A stretch of DNA of 63,227 bases, the filler included, from Octopus bimaculoides (taxonomy: Eukaryota): NCBI RefSeq assembly GCF_001194135.2. It is 4 parts of 4 records of this genome, joined end to end, with 100 filler letters (N's around TTAATTAATTAA, not from the genome) between each part and the next. Parts side by side here need not be neighbours in the genome. Positions count along the whole stretch, not along the records: positions 1 to 16,114 come from NC_068984.1; positions 16,215 to 47,645 come from NC_068985.1; 2 more parts are not named here. One strand, written 5' to 3'. A model generated the notes under the pieces. The model had not been told where the DNA came from, did not search any database, and worked only from the letters and a program-made list of their open reading frames with translations. Shown here piece by piece: positions 11,075-23,250 of the stretch (its first letter is position 1; every line of letters starts with the position of its first letter). The position numbers were made by a program, and so were the translations under genes.

Positions 11075-11930
11075 TTAGAAAAAATATTTTTGTGTACATG
11101 TAAGCATTGGGAAATTTTCTCATTTAAGAGTTTATGCTTAGAGAATAAGATGTAATATGTTTCTGCCAGGCAAAGCAAACAGGTTTTTGGCTGGTGGTGT
11201 GTATGCTTGAGCGTTTAAAATTTTCCATTTAATCTTATAAGTTATATTGCTATCTTTTAGTTTCCAGATAAATTTACTGAGAACCATGCTATTTCTTTTA
11301 TTAGCATTTCTAAAGTAGACCTCATGGTTTGCAAGTCAGGATTTCACATAACACACTGTCGCTCCAACATAATAGAAATATTTGCCTTCTGCTTCAATGA
11401 TTGCTTGGTATACTAGGTTTCTATGTTTACAATAATTGTTAAATTTACATTTTTCTTTAACCCTACAATCACAGAAATCATTTAAGTAGTTATTAGAATT
11501 GTTAGTTGTGTTTGTATTGTTGTTCATGTGTTGTCTAGATATAATATGTCTGGCATTTTTGTTTGTTTGGATATTGTTTGTGTTCATAGTTGGAGGGGGA
11601 TTATTTCTATTTGTGTAATATGCATCAAGTTTTACATTATCAAAAGATAATATATACCGAAATAGGTTTTTGGTTACTGAAAATCCAATCCTTATTATTT
11701 TATACTCATAGTACTATATTTATTAGAAGTGAAATGTTTATCTATGATAGAACAAATTACATGGATAAGGTTAGTCCTTATCTACTTGCCATAAGGTAAG
11801 ATGAGCCAGATATTATTTTCCTTTTTATTCAGGCATTTCTCGTTACTTTTGTATGTAAGTTTTATAAATGAAATATGTTTCTTACATTTTAAGAATTTTT
11901 TGTTTTTTTTATTGTTTAGTCTGCAGTTGG
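11075..11930 (-). mobile_element. Penelope-like element remnant (RT thumb plus GIY-YIG endonuclease)
   Basis: Minus frames give IWLILPY..VRTNL..IIDKHF, CDCRVKEKCKFNNYCKHRNLVYQA..YYVGAT, LSKFIWKLKDSNITYKIKWKI and CLLCLAETYYIL. Confidence 0.85.
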
Positions 11931-12140
11931 ATTCATGTTGATTGTAATTCATATTTATATCATCACTAGCAGTATAACCCTACCTTGTCCAGGTGTGACT
12001 TATTACGCCATCTACAATAAGTCTTGCTAGGTGAAAATCAACTAAAAAAGAAAGCCTTACAACGAAAAAACCCTTATGATGTAAATATGTTCATAATTCA
12101 AAAGACGATGAAATTAATAGGGAAAGTCTGAAGGCTGTTT

Positions 12141-12274
12141 TCATCATCATCATCATCATCATCATCGTTTAACGTCCGCTTTCCATGCTAGCATGGGTTG
12201 GACGATTTGACTGAGGACTGGTGAAACCAGATGGCAACACCAGGCTCCAATCTAATTTGGCAGAGTTTCTACAG
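12141..12274 (-). mobile_element. RTE LINE extreme 3' end
   Basis: (CAT)n CGTTTAACGTCCGCTTTCCATGCTAGCATGGGTTGG...GGCAGAGTTTCTACAG, homologous to 13996-14112. Confidence 0.88.
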
Positions 12275-12712
12275 AGTTTTACGTAAAATTATTAAGCGTA
12301 CGTAAATTTCATCCGTCTAATTGGTTATAGTAATGCTTATGCAAAACAACTTTTTGCGCTGCCCTGATTATACATAGCAGGGTAATCCCTTTCCGCAGGA
12401 GCTAGGACAGCAATTTGTGATGACGCAATTGCTGGCAATCTGTTGCTACACAGTTTTGCCAGAATTCTATCAGATTGGGCAGAAGATGTTGATGCACCAT
12501 TTTGCATTATGTTCAAAGTAATCTGGAATGTGGTGAATTGCTGCAGTCTGTTGCTGTCATTTTAAACTAGTTGCTGTCTTTCCCCAGCAAACTCTCTTCT
12601 TTGGAGGCATAATCTATGTATATATTAAACAGAACAACAAAAGTTATAATAGATAGCAGGGTCGGTACTTTTCACATATCTGTAATTTTTCAGATTAACA
12701 CCCACACGATTA

Positions 12713-12868
12713 CCCAACCCTAATCCTGAACCTAATCCTAACACTAACCCTAACACTAACCCTAAAACCCTAACCCTGACCCTAAAACTGTAACCGTAAC
12801 ACTAATCCTAACCCTAACCATAACCCCAAACCCTAACCCTGACCCTAAAACCGTAACCCTAACACCCT
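12713..12868. repeat. Interstitial telomere-like array of degenerate (CCCTAA)n
   Basis: About 25 variant units (CCCTAA, CACTAA, CCGTAA, CCCTGA, CCCTAAAA), reading TTAGGG-like on the minus strand. Confidence 0.9.
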
Positions 12869-13995
12869 AGTGAAAATCGTGGTATATTTACAAAACATTG
12901 ATGAACAGGAGTTATATTTTACTGAATGATTGTGTACTTGCACGTGTATGAGTTTGAGAGGCTGCCGAAAGAGATCGGTGGAGATTGTTGTCTGCCCAAT
13001 GCGCCACCAGATAAGGGATGGACTAAGGATATATTTAAATGGATTTTTCGCTGACCATATGGAATTGATTGGTTTCCGTTTTGTTTCTACAAACAGAAAA
13101 ATAATTAACTCCCCTGCATTTTAATAGTCTAAATTAAAAATATTTAGTTTTGAATTAATATATATAAAATAATGTTCTAACATAGATAGATACATGTGTG
13201 TATGAATTGTATGTGTATTTAAATTGTAAAACATAGATATATGTATAAATATATATAGATGAATAACTAAACTTGTGTATGTGTCTATGCATCTGTGTAT
13301 ACGTACGTGTGTGTATGTACGCATACATAAATGATAGGTGTATGTGTGTATATATAAGTACATATAAATATGTGTATACATAAACATTTGCGTTATGCAA
13401 ATAAATCAGTTATAGAACGGAATAGTTATAGATTTAAAGTTATGAATTTACAAAATTTCAGTTAGGTTATTTACTTATTTATGATTAAGCTCACTCTTAT
13501 ATAGCATCTTTTAAAGATTTAGAAATAATAAATATTTTCATTTGATACTTTTCATCAACTATTTAAGAAAATATGTCAATCTGATGAAGCATCACTACAT
13601 ATTTAAATGGATTTGATTATTCTTGAAAAGCTTTGTTTTATTAAAAAAGGGAAACAGTTGTAATTTATGAGATGTGTCATTTGTTTGTATAAAATATTTA
13701 AATTGCTTTGAATTTATAATTTTCCAATTTATTATTTTGTTTTTCCATTTCTGATTTGTATTTATATATTAATAAACTGTATGTTTATTTTAATTACCTA
13801 TTGGAGTAACATTGTTTTTGATATTTAACATCCCTTAGGTGTATTTTTCACCTGGCTAAACTGTTATTATGTGTGTATGTATATATATAGATATATATAT
13901 ATATATAAACTTACTTGGAAATGGATGCATGGCATTCAATCAAATAATAATATAAATAATATATATATATGCATATATGTATATGTACACATATA

Positions 13996-14690
13996 TCATC
14001 ATCATCGTTTAATGTCCGTTTTCCATGCTAGCATAGGCTGGATGGTTCAACTGGGGTCTGGGAAGCCAGGAGGCTGCACCAGTCTCCAGTCTGATCTGGC
14101 AGTGTTTCTACAGCTGGATGCCCTTCCTAACGCCAACCACTCCAAGAGTTTAGTGGGTGCTTTTTACGTGCCACCGGCATAGGGTCCAGAGGAGGCTGGC
14201 AATGGCCATGATTGTTTGGTGCATAGAAGCCAGTCAAGGCAGAGCTAGCATCAGCCATGTTCAGATGGTGCTTTTTATGTGCCACCAGCATGGGTATCAC
14301 AACTACAATTTCCATTTGATTTTCATTTTGATGTTGATGTACTTGACTCGATAGGTCTCCTCAAGCACAGCAGGTCGCCCTACGATCCAAGGTACTTTTG
14401 AATGGGCTAGGACTGGTTATGCGAAACTGGTGTAGGATACAGCCATGAACTCACTTTATTTGCCGGGTCTTTGCAGTCACAGCATATCTCCAGAGGTCTC
14501 GGTCTTTCGTCATTGCCTCTGTGAGGCCCAACATTCAAAGGTCATGCTTCACTATCTCATCCTATGTCTTCCTGGGTCTACCTCTACCCTGAATTCCTTC
14601 AGCTGTTTGGAAGTGGCACTTCTTCACACAGCTCTTCTCATCCATCCATAGTACATGACCATACCAGCCAAATGTCTCTCTTGCAAGGGT
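13996..14690 (-). mobile_element. RTE LINE, 5'-truncated (RT C-terminus plus 3' UTR)
   Basis: Has a CATCATCATCGTTTAATG tail. The minus frame gives WYGHVLWMDEKSCVKKCHFQTAEGIQGRGRPRKT, homologous to 5885-6130. Confidence 0.9.
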
Positions 14691-14850
14691 ACAAGACGTC
14701 ACAAACTGTAAACAACATGAAATACAAAAACAAAAGAGTTGAATACATAAACATTGAGAGAAACAAATGGAAAACAGGACAAGTAACATAAAGAACCAAA
14801 ATTTGGGATAAGTTCCTCCAGGATCTTCCAGATATATATTATGGCATATC
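14690..14850 (-). repeat. Dispersed repeat related to 46560-46970 (PLE terminal-repeat-like)
   Basis: Shares GGGTACA.GACGTCACAAA followed by an A-rich tract with 46600-46660. Confidence 0.45.
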
Positions 14851-14885
14851 TTATATATAAATATATATGCATGCATACATACATA

Positions 14886-15118
14886 CGCCTCTGTCAGGGA
14901 TGTAGCCAGCCCACTTATGCATACCTTTCCTCCATTGGACACTAAACTCCGCTTGCGAAAACCTGTTGAGGCTAGTGAAATCGAAATTAAACTAAATTCG
15001 ACGACTGGCCCCCATGTCAACGTCTCCTCCATTGGACACTAAACTCTGCTTATGAAGACCTGTTGGGGCAAGCGAAAGCGAAATCGTGATGGCACCACCG
15101 TTCGAGCGTGATCGTTAC
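14886..15118 (+). mobile_element. RTE LINE 3' UTR internal fragment
   Basis: Reverse complement of about 5650-5890, including the internal ~60-bp duplication (TCCATTGGACACTAAACTC twice, period ~98). Confidence 0.85.
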
Positions 15119-15912
15119 CTTCCTGACCCTAACTTTAGGGTCAGAATAAAAATGATCCTTATGGTCTTTTAATGTAATTCTAGGGTGCATAGGTACATAA
15201 GGTTCTGTCTTATTATCTAGTTCATATTTCAACATTAATAATTTATGTATTTTTGTATTTTTATATTATTCAATTGATTTTTAATGATAATTTTAGTCGA
15301 TACCTTTTTTAACACTAAATTAATTTACTTAAGTATTTAATTTATCATTTTAGCCTAAACTAAAACTTCGATTTGATTAGGGTTGAAATTTTTTCTATTA
15401 ATACTGTTTAATATTTCTTTCTATTTTATGTGATAAATAACTAGTCTTTTGATTTAATTTCTTTGATTATACAATATCGTTAATTGTTTTATTATGACTT
15501 AAGTTATATAAAGTTTAATCTTTCATTCATAATAATATTTTCATTCATATTTTTATTTTTATTCCTTTTCTTTACGCAATATTTTCACTAGATTTCTTTT
15601 AAATAAATGTTTTTAGTCTAAAATCTTCTAGCTTAAACTATTGCATCGTTTAAATATGTGCTAATTCTATCTTTATTATTTTAACCTAAAACTTCGTTCA
15701 AATTGTATTTTAAATGAAAAATTCGTTAAGTTGGTTTTTGCATATAATATTCCTGTTAGCTTATATTATAATGGATTACGGAATGTTTATTATTTTGATA
15801 TTTTTAATAATATTTTTCTATCTTAATATAATAAGTATTTTATATACATTCATTTGTTATTTATTGTTGGTTGATATATATACATTCTTTTATTATTATT
15901 GTTGTTGTATTT

Positions 15913-16028
15913 TGACCTGAAGATTAGCTATATTTTTGAATAGAATTGATTTTCGATAGTTTTAATCGATTTTAATCAATTTAAATTTTCTTTCTATTTG
16001 AAAATTGGTTATGAAACACGTGTAGTCG
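15913..16028 (+). ncRNA. Hammerhead-like motif with an extended ~88-nt stem II, in a PLE-type AT-rich 3' region
   Basis: GAC CTGAAGA (15917-15923) ... GAAA (16013-16016) CACGTGT A GTC. Stem III is the palindrome ACACGTGT with a GUA site, and stem I is GAC/GTC. The first stem II pair is a U-U mismatch. Confidence 0.55.
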
Positions 16029-16158
16029 TTTTATTATATTTATCTTATGATATTTAGTTTGTATTATATTATACTTATTCATTGTGCTTTTACTTATTAA
16101 TTTTTCTATATGTGNNNNNNNNNNNNNNNNNNNNNNNNNNNNNNNNNNNNNNNNNNNN

Positions 16159-16170
16159 TTAATTAATTAA
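16159..16170. other. Artificial scaffolding linker TTAATTAATTAA inside an N gap (also 47690-47701 and 56689-56700)
   Basis: The identical 12-mer, with stops in all six frames, is embedded between N runs three times. Confidence 0.9.
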
Positions 16171-16540
16171 NNNNNNNNNNNNNNNNNNNNNNNNNNNNNN
16201 NNNNNNNNNNNNNNTATGTGGAAACACAAAAAGTGGAGGAGAAATGCCTTCATTTCACTTAGTTTAATTTCTTTATATGAAGTATTTAAAAAAAAAAAAA
16301 TTATATATATTTTATGGATGTCGTGATATCCAACCACTTTATGCTATTTAAATTAGCTTTTCAAGGGGCATTGTGAAGTAATCAATTCTTGTGTCGAAGG
16401 GGTCTCGCCATTTTGGATGCTTGAAAAATAACAGTGAGTCTAGAGAGTGGATAAATGGGGCGGGCAAGATATGACACATAATTCTGGTCACAACATGAGC
16501 AAAACTATACTCAATACATACGATACTAACAGGTAAATAA

Positions 16541-16690
16541 TGCAGACGGCCTAATTGTGGTACATGCCCATACCTAACTGAAGGCTCTGAATTCACATTG
16601 CAGCAAGGAGAAAATTTCTCATTTAAGACCAACTTCACATGTGCTTCCCAGAATTATATTTCGTATATAATTATTTGCAAAATGTATTTT
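16541..16690 (+). mobile_element. PLE GIY-YIG N-terminal fragment (Neptune-like)
   Basis: Plus frame reads CRRPNCGTCPYLTEGSEFTLQQGENFSFKTNFTCASQN..YIIICK. Confidence 0.7.
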
Positions 16691-17440
16691 GAATCCACTT
16701 TTCAATTTAAGATTTTCTTCGATTTTTATAATAGGATGAATTTATATTGAATTCATTTCTTTTGTTTATTTTGTTTTATTTTATGATGGCTTTGAAAAAG
16801 AAATGCGAAATCGATTTAGAGCATTAACACGGTACATTTGTCTTCATATATTCAATGCAGCAGTAAACAGTTGTGTCGATAATATTGAAATATACGTCTG
16901 GAGTTTTCAGGTTCCCCAATTATAGTATAGCGTCTTAACAATAAGAACAAACGAGAAACAATCAATAATGACCAAACATAGATAACAATCCATGATAAAC
17001 ACCAATTATACTAATTAGACTAATTGTTAGCGCTCACCGTTATCATTGTCACATAACCGCTTAGACGAAAAAATGGATAATTGCCATTTCCCTGGAAACG
17101 AAAGTAAAGTATGTAAATCACCATTTACATGAAGGCACCTCTAAATGTATCTCTAGGTAAATACGCCTGAAAGATTCACAATCTTCAAATGTAAATAAAC
17201 TCTTTCTGAATATCATTACAAGTATATAGTAAAGAAGACGATTCTTGGACAAACCAGTATAGCCAAGGGACAGTATAACGAATTAGTGCAACGGAATTTG
17301 TGCACGGTTTATCGAGTTCTGCGGTTACCTAGCGCTATGGTTAATCTTACTCTACAGTTTGCATCAATCGGTGTGCATCATTAGAAACCCCAGGAGTTCC
17401 TTTTCCCTTAATTTCACAAGATATGAAGACGCACATTTCG

Positions 17441-17544
17441 AATGAAGATATAAATGTTCAGAAACCAGAGATGTGTATGTATTACGATAACGCAACTGAA
17501 CAATATACAATTCTATACATATGCTTAATCATATTCATATATAC

Positions 17545-17587
<43 letters not shown>

Positions 17588-17846
17588 TGCACGTATAGGG
17601 ATTGTTTTTAGATAGAAGGAGAAGAATGGTTAGGCAGATTATATACATGGTAACTTAATTATGATTACTTACATATGCTTATACATAAGGGTTTAGTTAT
17701 GCATGCGTACGATTATTTGATTCTACAACCCTGTCTACATAAACCTGCGTATGTTTATGAGTAGATGCATGCATGAATTAAATCACTGGTAAGCATAGAG
17801 AGAATAATACACTGATATAAATATAAAACATACGTTATAATATATC
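17441..17846. repeat. Left arm of an inverted repeat pair (partner 21016-21990)
   Basis: AATGTTCAGAAACCAGAGA, GGTAACTTAATTATGATTACTTACATAT and GTCTACATAAACCTGCGTATGTTTA all recur as reverse complements at 21016-21990. Confidence 0.85.
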
Positions 17847-18145
17847 TATATTAATAACATATCTATATAAAAGTTATGATGTATTTTTTCTGTACAAGTA
17901 GAGTTTTATGAGATATTAAACAACTTGAATTGAATGCAATTTTGCTAATTGTAGTTAAAGCCTCAATAATATATAACTTCATATTTCTTAATAAATTTAT
18001 AATATTTTGAAAATTATAGGTGCAGGCATAGCTCTGTGGTGAGACGTTCCTTTTCCAACAATATGGTCGCAATTGTCTTCTACTGTAGTTTCGAGATGAG
18101 CAAAGTCCTCTCAGTAAAGTTGATAGGCACAAACTATAAAAAAAA

Positions 18146-18375
18146 AAGCGCGCTGGCAGAAAAGTTAGCACGCCGGGCGAAATGCTTAGCGGTATTTCGT
18201 CTGCCGCTACGTTCTGAGTTCAAATTCCGCTGAGGTCGAATTTGCCTTTCATCCTTTCGGGGTCGATTAAATAAGTACCAGTTACGCACTGAGGTCGATA
18301 TAATCGACTTAATCCGTTTGTCTGTCCTTGTTTGTCCCCTCTGTGTGTAGCCCCATGTGGTCAGTAAAAGAATTA
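18146..18375 (+). mobile_element. tRNA-derived SINE family 2
   Basis: Reads GCTGGCAGAAAAGTTAGCACGCCGGGCG...GAGTTCAAATTCCGCTGAGGTCGA with A/B-box-like motifs. Paralogues are at 23075-23250 and 35223-35300. Confidence 0.88.
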
Positions 18376-18429
18376 GAATCTAAAACAAGCCTGCCCAATA
18401 TATATGTATATGCACATATAAGTATATGT

Positions 18430-18590
18430 GTGCATGTTTTATCCGTGTAACTTAGTGATTCGAAATAACTGACTGTTAGAATAAGTATCAATCATAAAAA
18501 GATGTACTTGGATTGTTTCGATCGACTATAATTTTTCAAGGTGCTGCCCCAGCATGAGCGCACTTAGGTGGCTAAAACAAGTATAAGATA
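18430..18590 (+). mobile_element. SINE family 1, decayed 3' half
   Basis: GTAACTTAG..ATT...AGAATAAGTA...GTGCTGCCCCAGCATG...AAACAAGTA aligns to 9720-9855. Confidence 0.7.
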
Positions 18591-18964
18591 AAAAATAAAA
18601 AACAATTTTGCAAAATTAATTAAAGAAATGTGTGGTAAAGTGGACGTATACTACTAAGGAGTTGTTAGTACCTTGTTCCTTAATATATGGTTTCTCGCGC
18701 ATACGGAAGTAATTTTATGTTGTGAATGATGCCTCTTGCTTTAACTGTGCTGTTATATACCTCATATGGTTCTATATAATATAATGACAACAGAATTTAT
18801 ATAAACAGAAAATAAATTCATAAAAGTTTACATAAAACGTCTAAACACTAACGATAAATGTTCTAATCTATCGTGTTAAAAGGTTATATCTTCTTTTCTC
18901 ATAATCTCTGAATTCAAATTTTCAAAGCATTCATACCTTTAGAAATGTCAAGAAAGAATGTTAA

Positions 18965-20345
18965 ATTTACTAAGAAACATTAATAATAAAATCGGAGTGA
19001 CCAGAGGGCTTCAACAATGGAATAATAGTTTTACTGTAATGGATTCTTTCAAGAACGTTTAGAATAACAATAACGCTAGATTCACCCATTTTGACATTAT
19101 AGATCTTTATCATTCCATATCTATATCGCTGATTAATAAAGCCATCGATTTTGCTAAATTATATGTCTTTATACACCTTATAGACCTAGTCTTTATCAGA
19201 CACACCAGGAGAGCACTATTGTTTATATTAAGGGCTCAGCATAAATTATTCCATGTTTTTGTGAGGTAATATGATTGCACTGACGTCTGCAACATTGAGG
19301 CTCTCTTCATAAACATATTGTGATCTAAGTACCCATCTCTCGTAGTTGGTCTATATCGATACGACAGTTTGGGTATTTCCCTTTGGTCACCTAACTGATA
19401 AATATAGGAAAAAAAGTTATTCCACCATCAGTCAATTAGGCCTTAAAAACACAGCAGCTACTAATCTGTCAAAAATTGATTTTTTAGATGTTTCTCTAGA
19501 TCTCAACTCTTATAAACCTTACCGTAAACCTAACGAGAAACCTGCATATATACATAAACAGTCTTGTCATATTCATTCTATAATATTCAGAAGCTTGATA
19601 GTTGATATTAATACTGAATTTCTAACCTCTCTTCTTCTAAATTAATTTTCATGAAGGCAGCTTCCGACTACAGCAGTAGCAATAGTGGCTTCAAAGATAA
19701 ATTAATATATAACCCTTCTAATATTAATCAGACTAATAACAACAATAATGATAACAACAGCAGACATAAAATTAAACCAAGAAGAATTATTTGGTTCATT
19801 CCACTCTTCACACTTAACGTAAAAACTAGCATAGGTAAAAGATTATTGTCTCTTCCAGAGAAACATTTTCCGGAAAATCACAGGCACAAGAAAATATTTA
19901 ACAGGTGATCTGTGAAATAGCCCTATATCTGCTGTTCCAAATTGAAGAGTATCATGAGTGATCAACACGAAGTGCCCTCTCCGAAGTGTAACTGTCGAGG
20001 CCCACGAACCTGTACTCTCGACCATCCGTGATTAAACGCTACATAACATAACCGATAAGAAGAGCTATATCAGTCTACGTAAAGGAGAATTCATGAATCG
20101 CTACGCTAATGACATATTATTTCCGACAAAGGGACAAAAGCAAAGCTACTAAGTAGGTCACGTATGGCATTTGACGTCGAACGAAACACCACAAACGATA
20201 AAGTAGAAATTAATCGGAAAGTCTTCACTTATGTTAATATATCAAAAACACGTTATCAATACGTACATGAAAGAGCTGAGATCCACTTCAGATCTAAGAT
20301 TTCGAACACACTGCTACACTGTATGTCCGAAATTTTCAGCCTTAT
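18965..20345 (+). mobile_element. Penelope-like element remnant (RT plus GIY-YIG), heavily decayed
   Basis: Motifs include FTHFDIIDLYHSIS, VGLYRYDSLG (the RDD-type catalytic region), FLDVSLDLNSYKPYRKPNEKP and RRIIWFIPLFTLNVKTSIGK..KHFPENHRHKKIFNR, plus C-terminal EN remnants. Confidence 0.88.
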
Positions 20346-21015
20346 GTAAGCATATGACTATGTTCTTTATGACAGATTATTATGGTTCTTGCAAATAGAG
20401 TAAAGCAAAAAGTATTGAACATTATAACTATTCCAATCTACACTTATGGTGTTGTACCAGTCATACTATTATTGTGAGAAATAAATAGTTTATTTACTCT
20501 ATGATACGACTTTGCTATTTATGATGATGCGGCGGTTAAATAGAAAAGATTATCTTCACCATACATTCAACGCAAAATAAATGGAGGAAAAAACTGATAA
20601 TGCAGGTTATTCAGATGTGACTATTTTACCTAAATGAATATTTTCAATATACAAGATTTAATTAGGAATATTCCGTACGGGTTTTTGGCCTGTCTTTAAA
20701 ACCAAGAAATCATACACGACCAGCGATTGCTTAACACATAAGCAATTAGCTAGTATTGTTGGGAAATTGGTAATTCATAATAATTCTATATAAATGTGTT
20801 AATAAAAATAAGAAAAAAAGAAACAAGTGAATAAGTAATTGTTACAGAATGTATTTCATTGTTGACAATTACGTTTTATTAACATACCTGAAATTAAGCT
20901 ATCAGTGGGAAGACAACATTCTCAATGTTAGAGCATTGTCTGATCTATTGAGGATATTCATAATTCTTGATGTACTCTCACAGTTGACATAAATTGCAGC
21001 AATTTAATAAAATGT

Positions 21016-21239
21016 GATATATTATGGAGTATGTTTTATTTTTATATCAGTGTATTAATTTCTCTATGCTTATCAATGCTTTAATTCATGCACGCATCTA
21101 CAGGTAAACATACGCAGGTTTATGTAGACGGGCGTGAAGAATAAGACAGGCCTCCGTATGTATACGCGAACAGTTATGTACATGAATATGTAAGTAATCA
21201 TAATTAAGTTACCATATACATCATTTGCCTACCCCTTCT

Positions 21240-21302
<63 letters not shown>

Positions 21303-21990
21303 GCTTGGCGATAACTATTAATTTCCAGTACCGCTGCCGTAGTCTCCTTTAGAGAGACTTAGNNNNNNNNNNNNNNNNNNNNNNNNNNNNNNNNNNNNNN
21401 NNNNNNNNNNNNNNNNNNNNNNNNNNNNNNNNNNNNNNNNNNNNNNNNNNNNNNNNNNNNNNNNNNNNNNNNNNNNNNNNNNNNNNNNNNNNNNNNNNNN
21501 NNNNNNNNNNNNNNNNNNNNNNNNNNNNNNNNNNNNNNNNNNNNNNNNNNNNNNNNNNNNNNNNNNNNNNNNNNNNNNNNNNNNNNNNNNNNNNNNNNNN
21601 NNNNNNNNNNNNNNNNNNNNNNNNNNNNNNNNNNNNNNNNNNNNNNNNNNNNNNNNNNNNNNNNNNNNNNNNNNNNNNNNNNNNNNNNNNNNNNNNNNNN
21701 NNNNNNNNNNNNNNNNNNNNNNNNNNNNNNNNNNNNNNNNNNNNNNNNNNNNNNNNNNNNNNNNNNNNNNNNNNNNNNNNNNNNNNNNNNNNNNNNNNNN
21801 NNNNNNNNNNNNNNNNNNNNNNNNNNNNNNNNNNNNNNNNNNNNNNNNNNNNNNNNNNNNNNNNNNNNNNNNNNNNNATATATATATATATATATAAGTA
21901 TAGATATGTATGTGTATATGAACGTATATTGTGCATGTGCATTATCGTAATGCATACGCGTCTCTGGTTTCTGAACATTAAATCTTCATT
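21016..21990. repeat. Right arm of the inverted repeat pair (partner 17441-17846), interrupted by (TA)n, an extra segment and an N gap
   Basis: 21016-21240 matches about 17620-17846 and 21885-21990 matches about 17441-17545, both as reverse complements. Confidence 0.85.
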
Positions 21991-23074
21991 GGAAGATTTA
22001 ATAAATTAGATAAACTGTAATGCATTATGATGCATTGTATTATTGGAAAATGACAAAAATTAATATTAACTTAATATAATTTAATGGAATCAGGCTTTCT
22101 GTTTACCTGCAATGAATTATGAAATAAGTTCTTATTTCATACGGATTTATTTCATCGTTGCAGTCGTTGAAGTATTGTAGATCTGATTACTTGCAAATTC
22201 AATGCAATGAATGCATTTTAATACAAGAAATGTTCTGCAAATTTTATGTATTTATTTTTTTAATTCATAGGAAATAATCTTATAAATATATTCTGCATTG
22301 CATTGATGGATATTGAATGTCCATGTACATCTATTCTGTTCAATGATTATTTGGTTTGGAAAATGTTGATCAATCAAATAACGACAAAATATCATTTTTA
22401 TTTTTGCTGACAGGATGTTTCGCTTTAATTATTTTAGCTAATTATTAGTTTATATTATATATTATTTCTATCTAGCTTTATCTTTGAGTAAATATCTGTA
22501 AAATATATACAATGTCATCTTTGTTAAGAGCTCAGACGAAACACTTACCTATTTATTGAACTACACGAAATGTAATCATTTTCATACTTTCACAATTCTA
22601 TTAATATTTCACTAAACGACAGAATAATCACGCTTTCAATATATTTTAGAGAAAAGAAACTTTGAAAGACGTGTTGAATATAAAAGATGTTTACTTTCTT
22701 CAAAAGTAGATTTTGGCCACGGAAAGTTTGAAACATTTTATATAAATGCATATTCCAAGTTGGTTTCTCTGCAATTCTTTCTTTGTAGCTTTTGATAGAT
22801 ATGTACACTTATTTTGATTACTAGAACATTTAATTTTGACAAGTGTATATTCAGAACAAACATGCATGCAATAAAGATGACAATAACGTTTTGAAACACG
22901 AAAACGATGGGTCAGGTTCAAAAACATGAAAATCCGCTAGGCTCCGAAGAAGAATTGTAGCGAAAAAAGTTCTCTGCATCTAATGAAGGTAACTCGACCA
23001 TTACGCATGTTTAGCATCATTATAACTGTAAATATTTATTTCAATTTTTTTGGTCACATGGCCAGCCTGGTGGT

Positions 23075-23250
23075 TGTGGGGATGAGTCGATTACATCGAC
23101 CTCAGTATTTCACTGGAACTTACTTTATCGAACCCGAAAGGATGAAAGGTAAAGTCGACCTCCGCAGAATTTGAAATCAGAGCGTAGCGACTGGTAAAAT
23201 GCCGCTACGCATTTCCTCCAGTGTGCAACAGATTCTGCCAGGTTTTCGCC
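23075..23250 (-). mobile_element. tRNA-derived SINE family 2
   Basis: Reverse complement of 18146-18320 (GTCGATTACATCGACC...CCCGAAAGGATGAAAGG.AAAGTCGACC). Confidence 0.82.

Noticed and set aside
12211-12232. CTGAGGA..GAAAC in an RTE 3' UTR
   Set aside because: Only 5 nt separate the boxes, so there is no room for stem II, and there is no stem I or III.
15123-15144. Perfect 10-bp hairpin CTGACCCTAA-CT-TTAGGGTCAG
   Set aside because: It is real but isolated at a repeat junction. I could not tie it to any element or ribozyme core.
21971-22005. CTGAACA + 10-bp hairpin + TAAA, resembling a hammerhead
   Set aside because: Both core boxes are mutated, there is no stem I or III, and the homologous left arm does not support the same fold.
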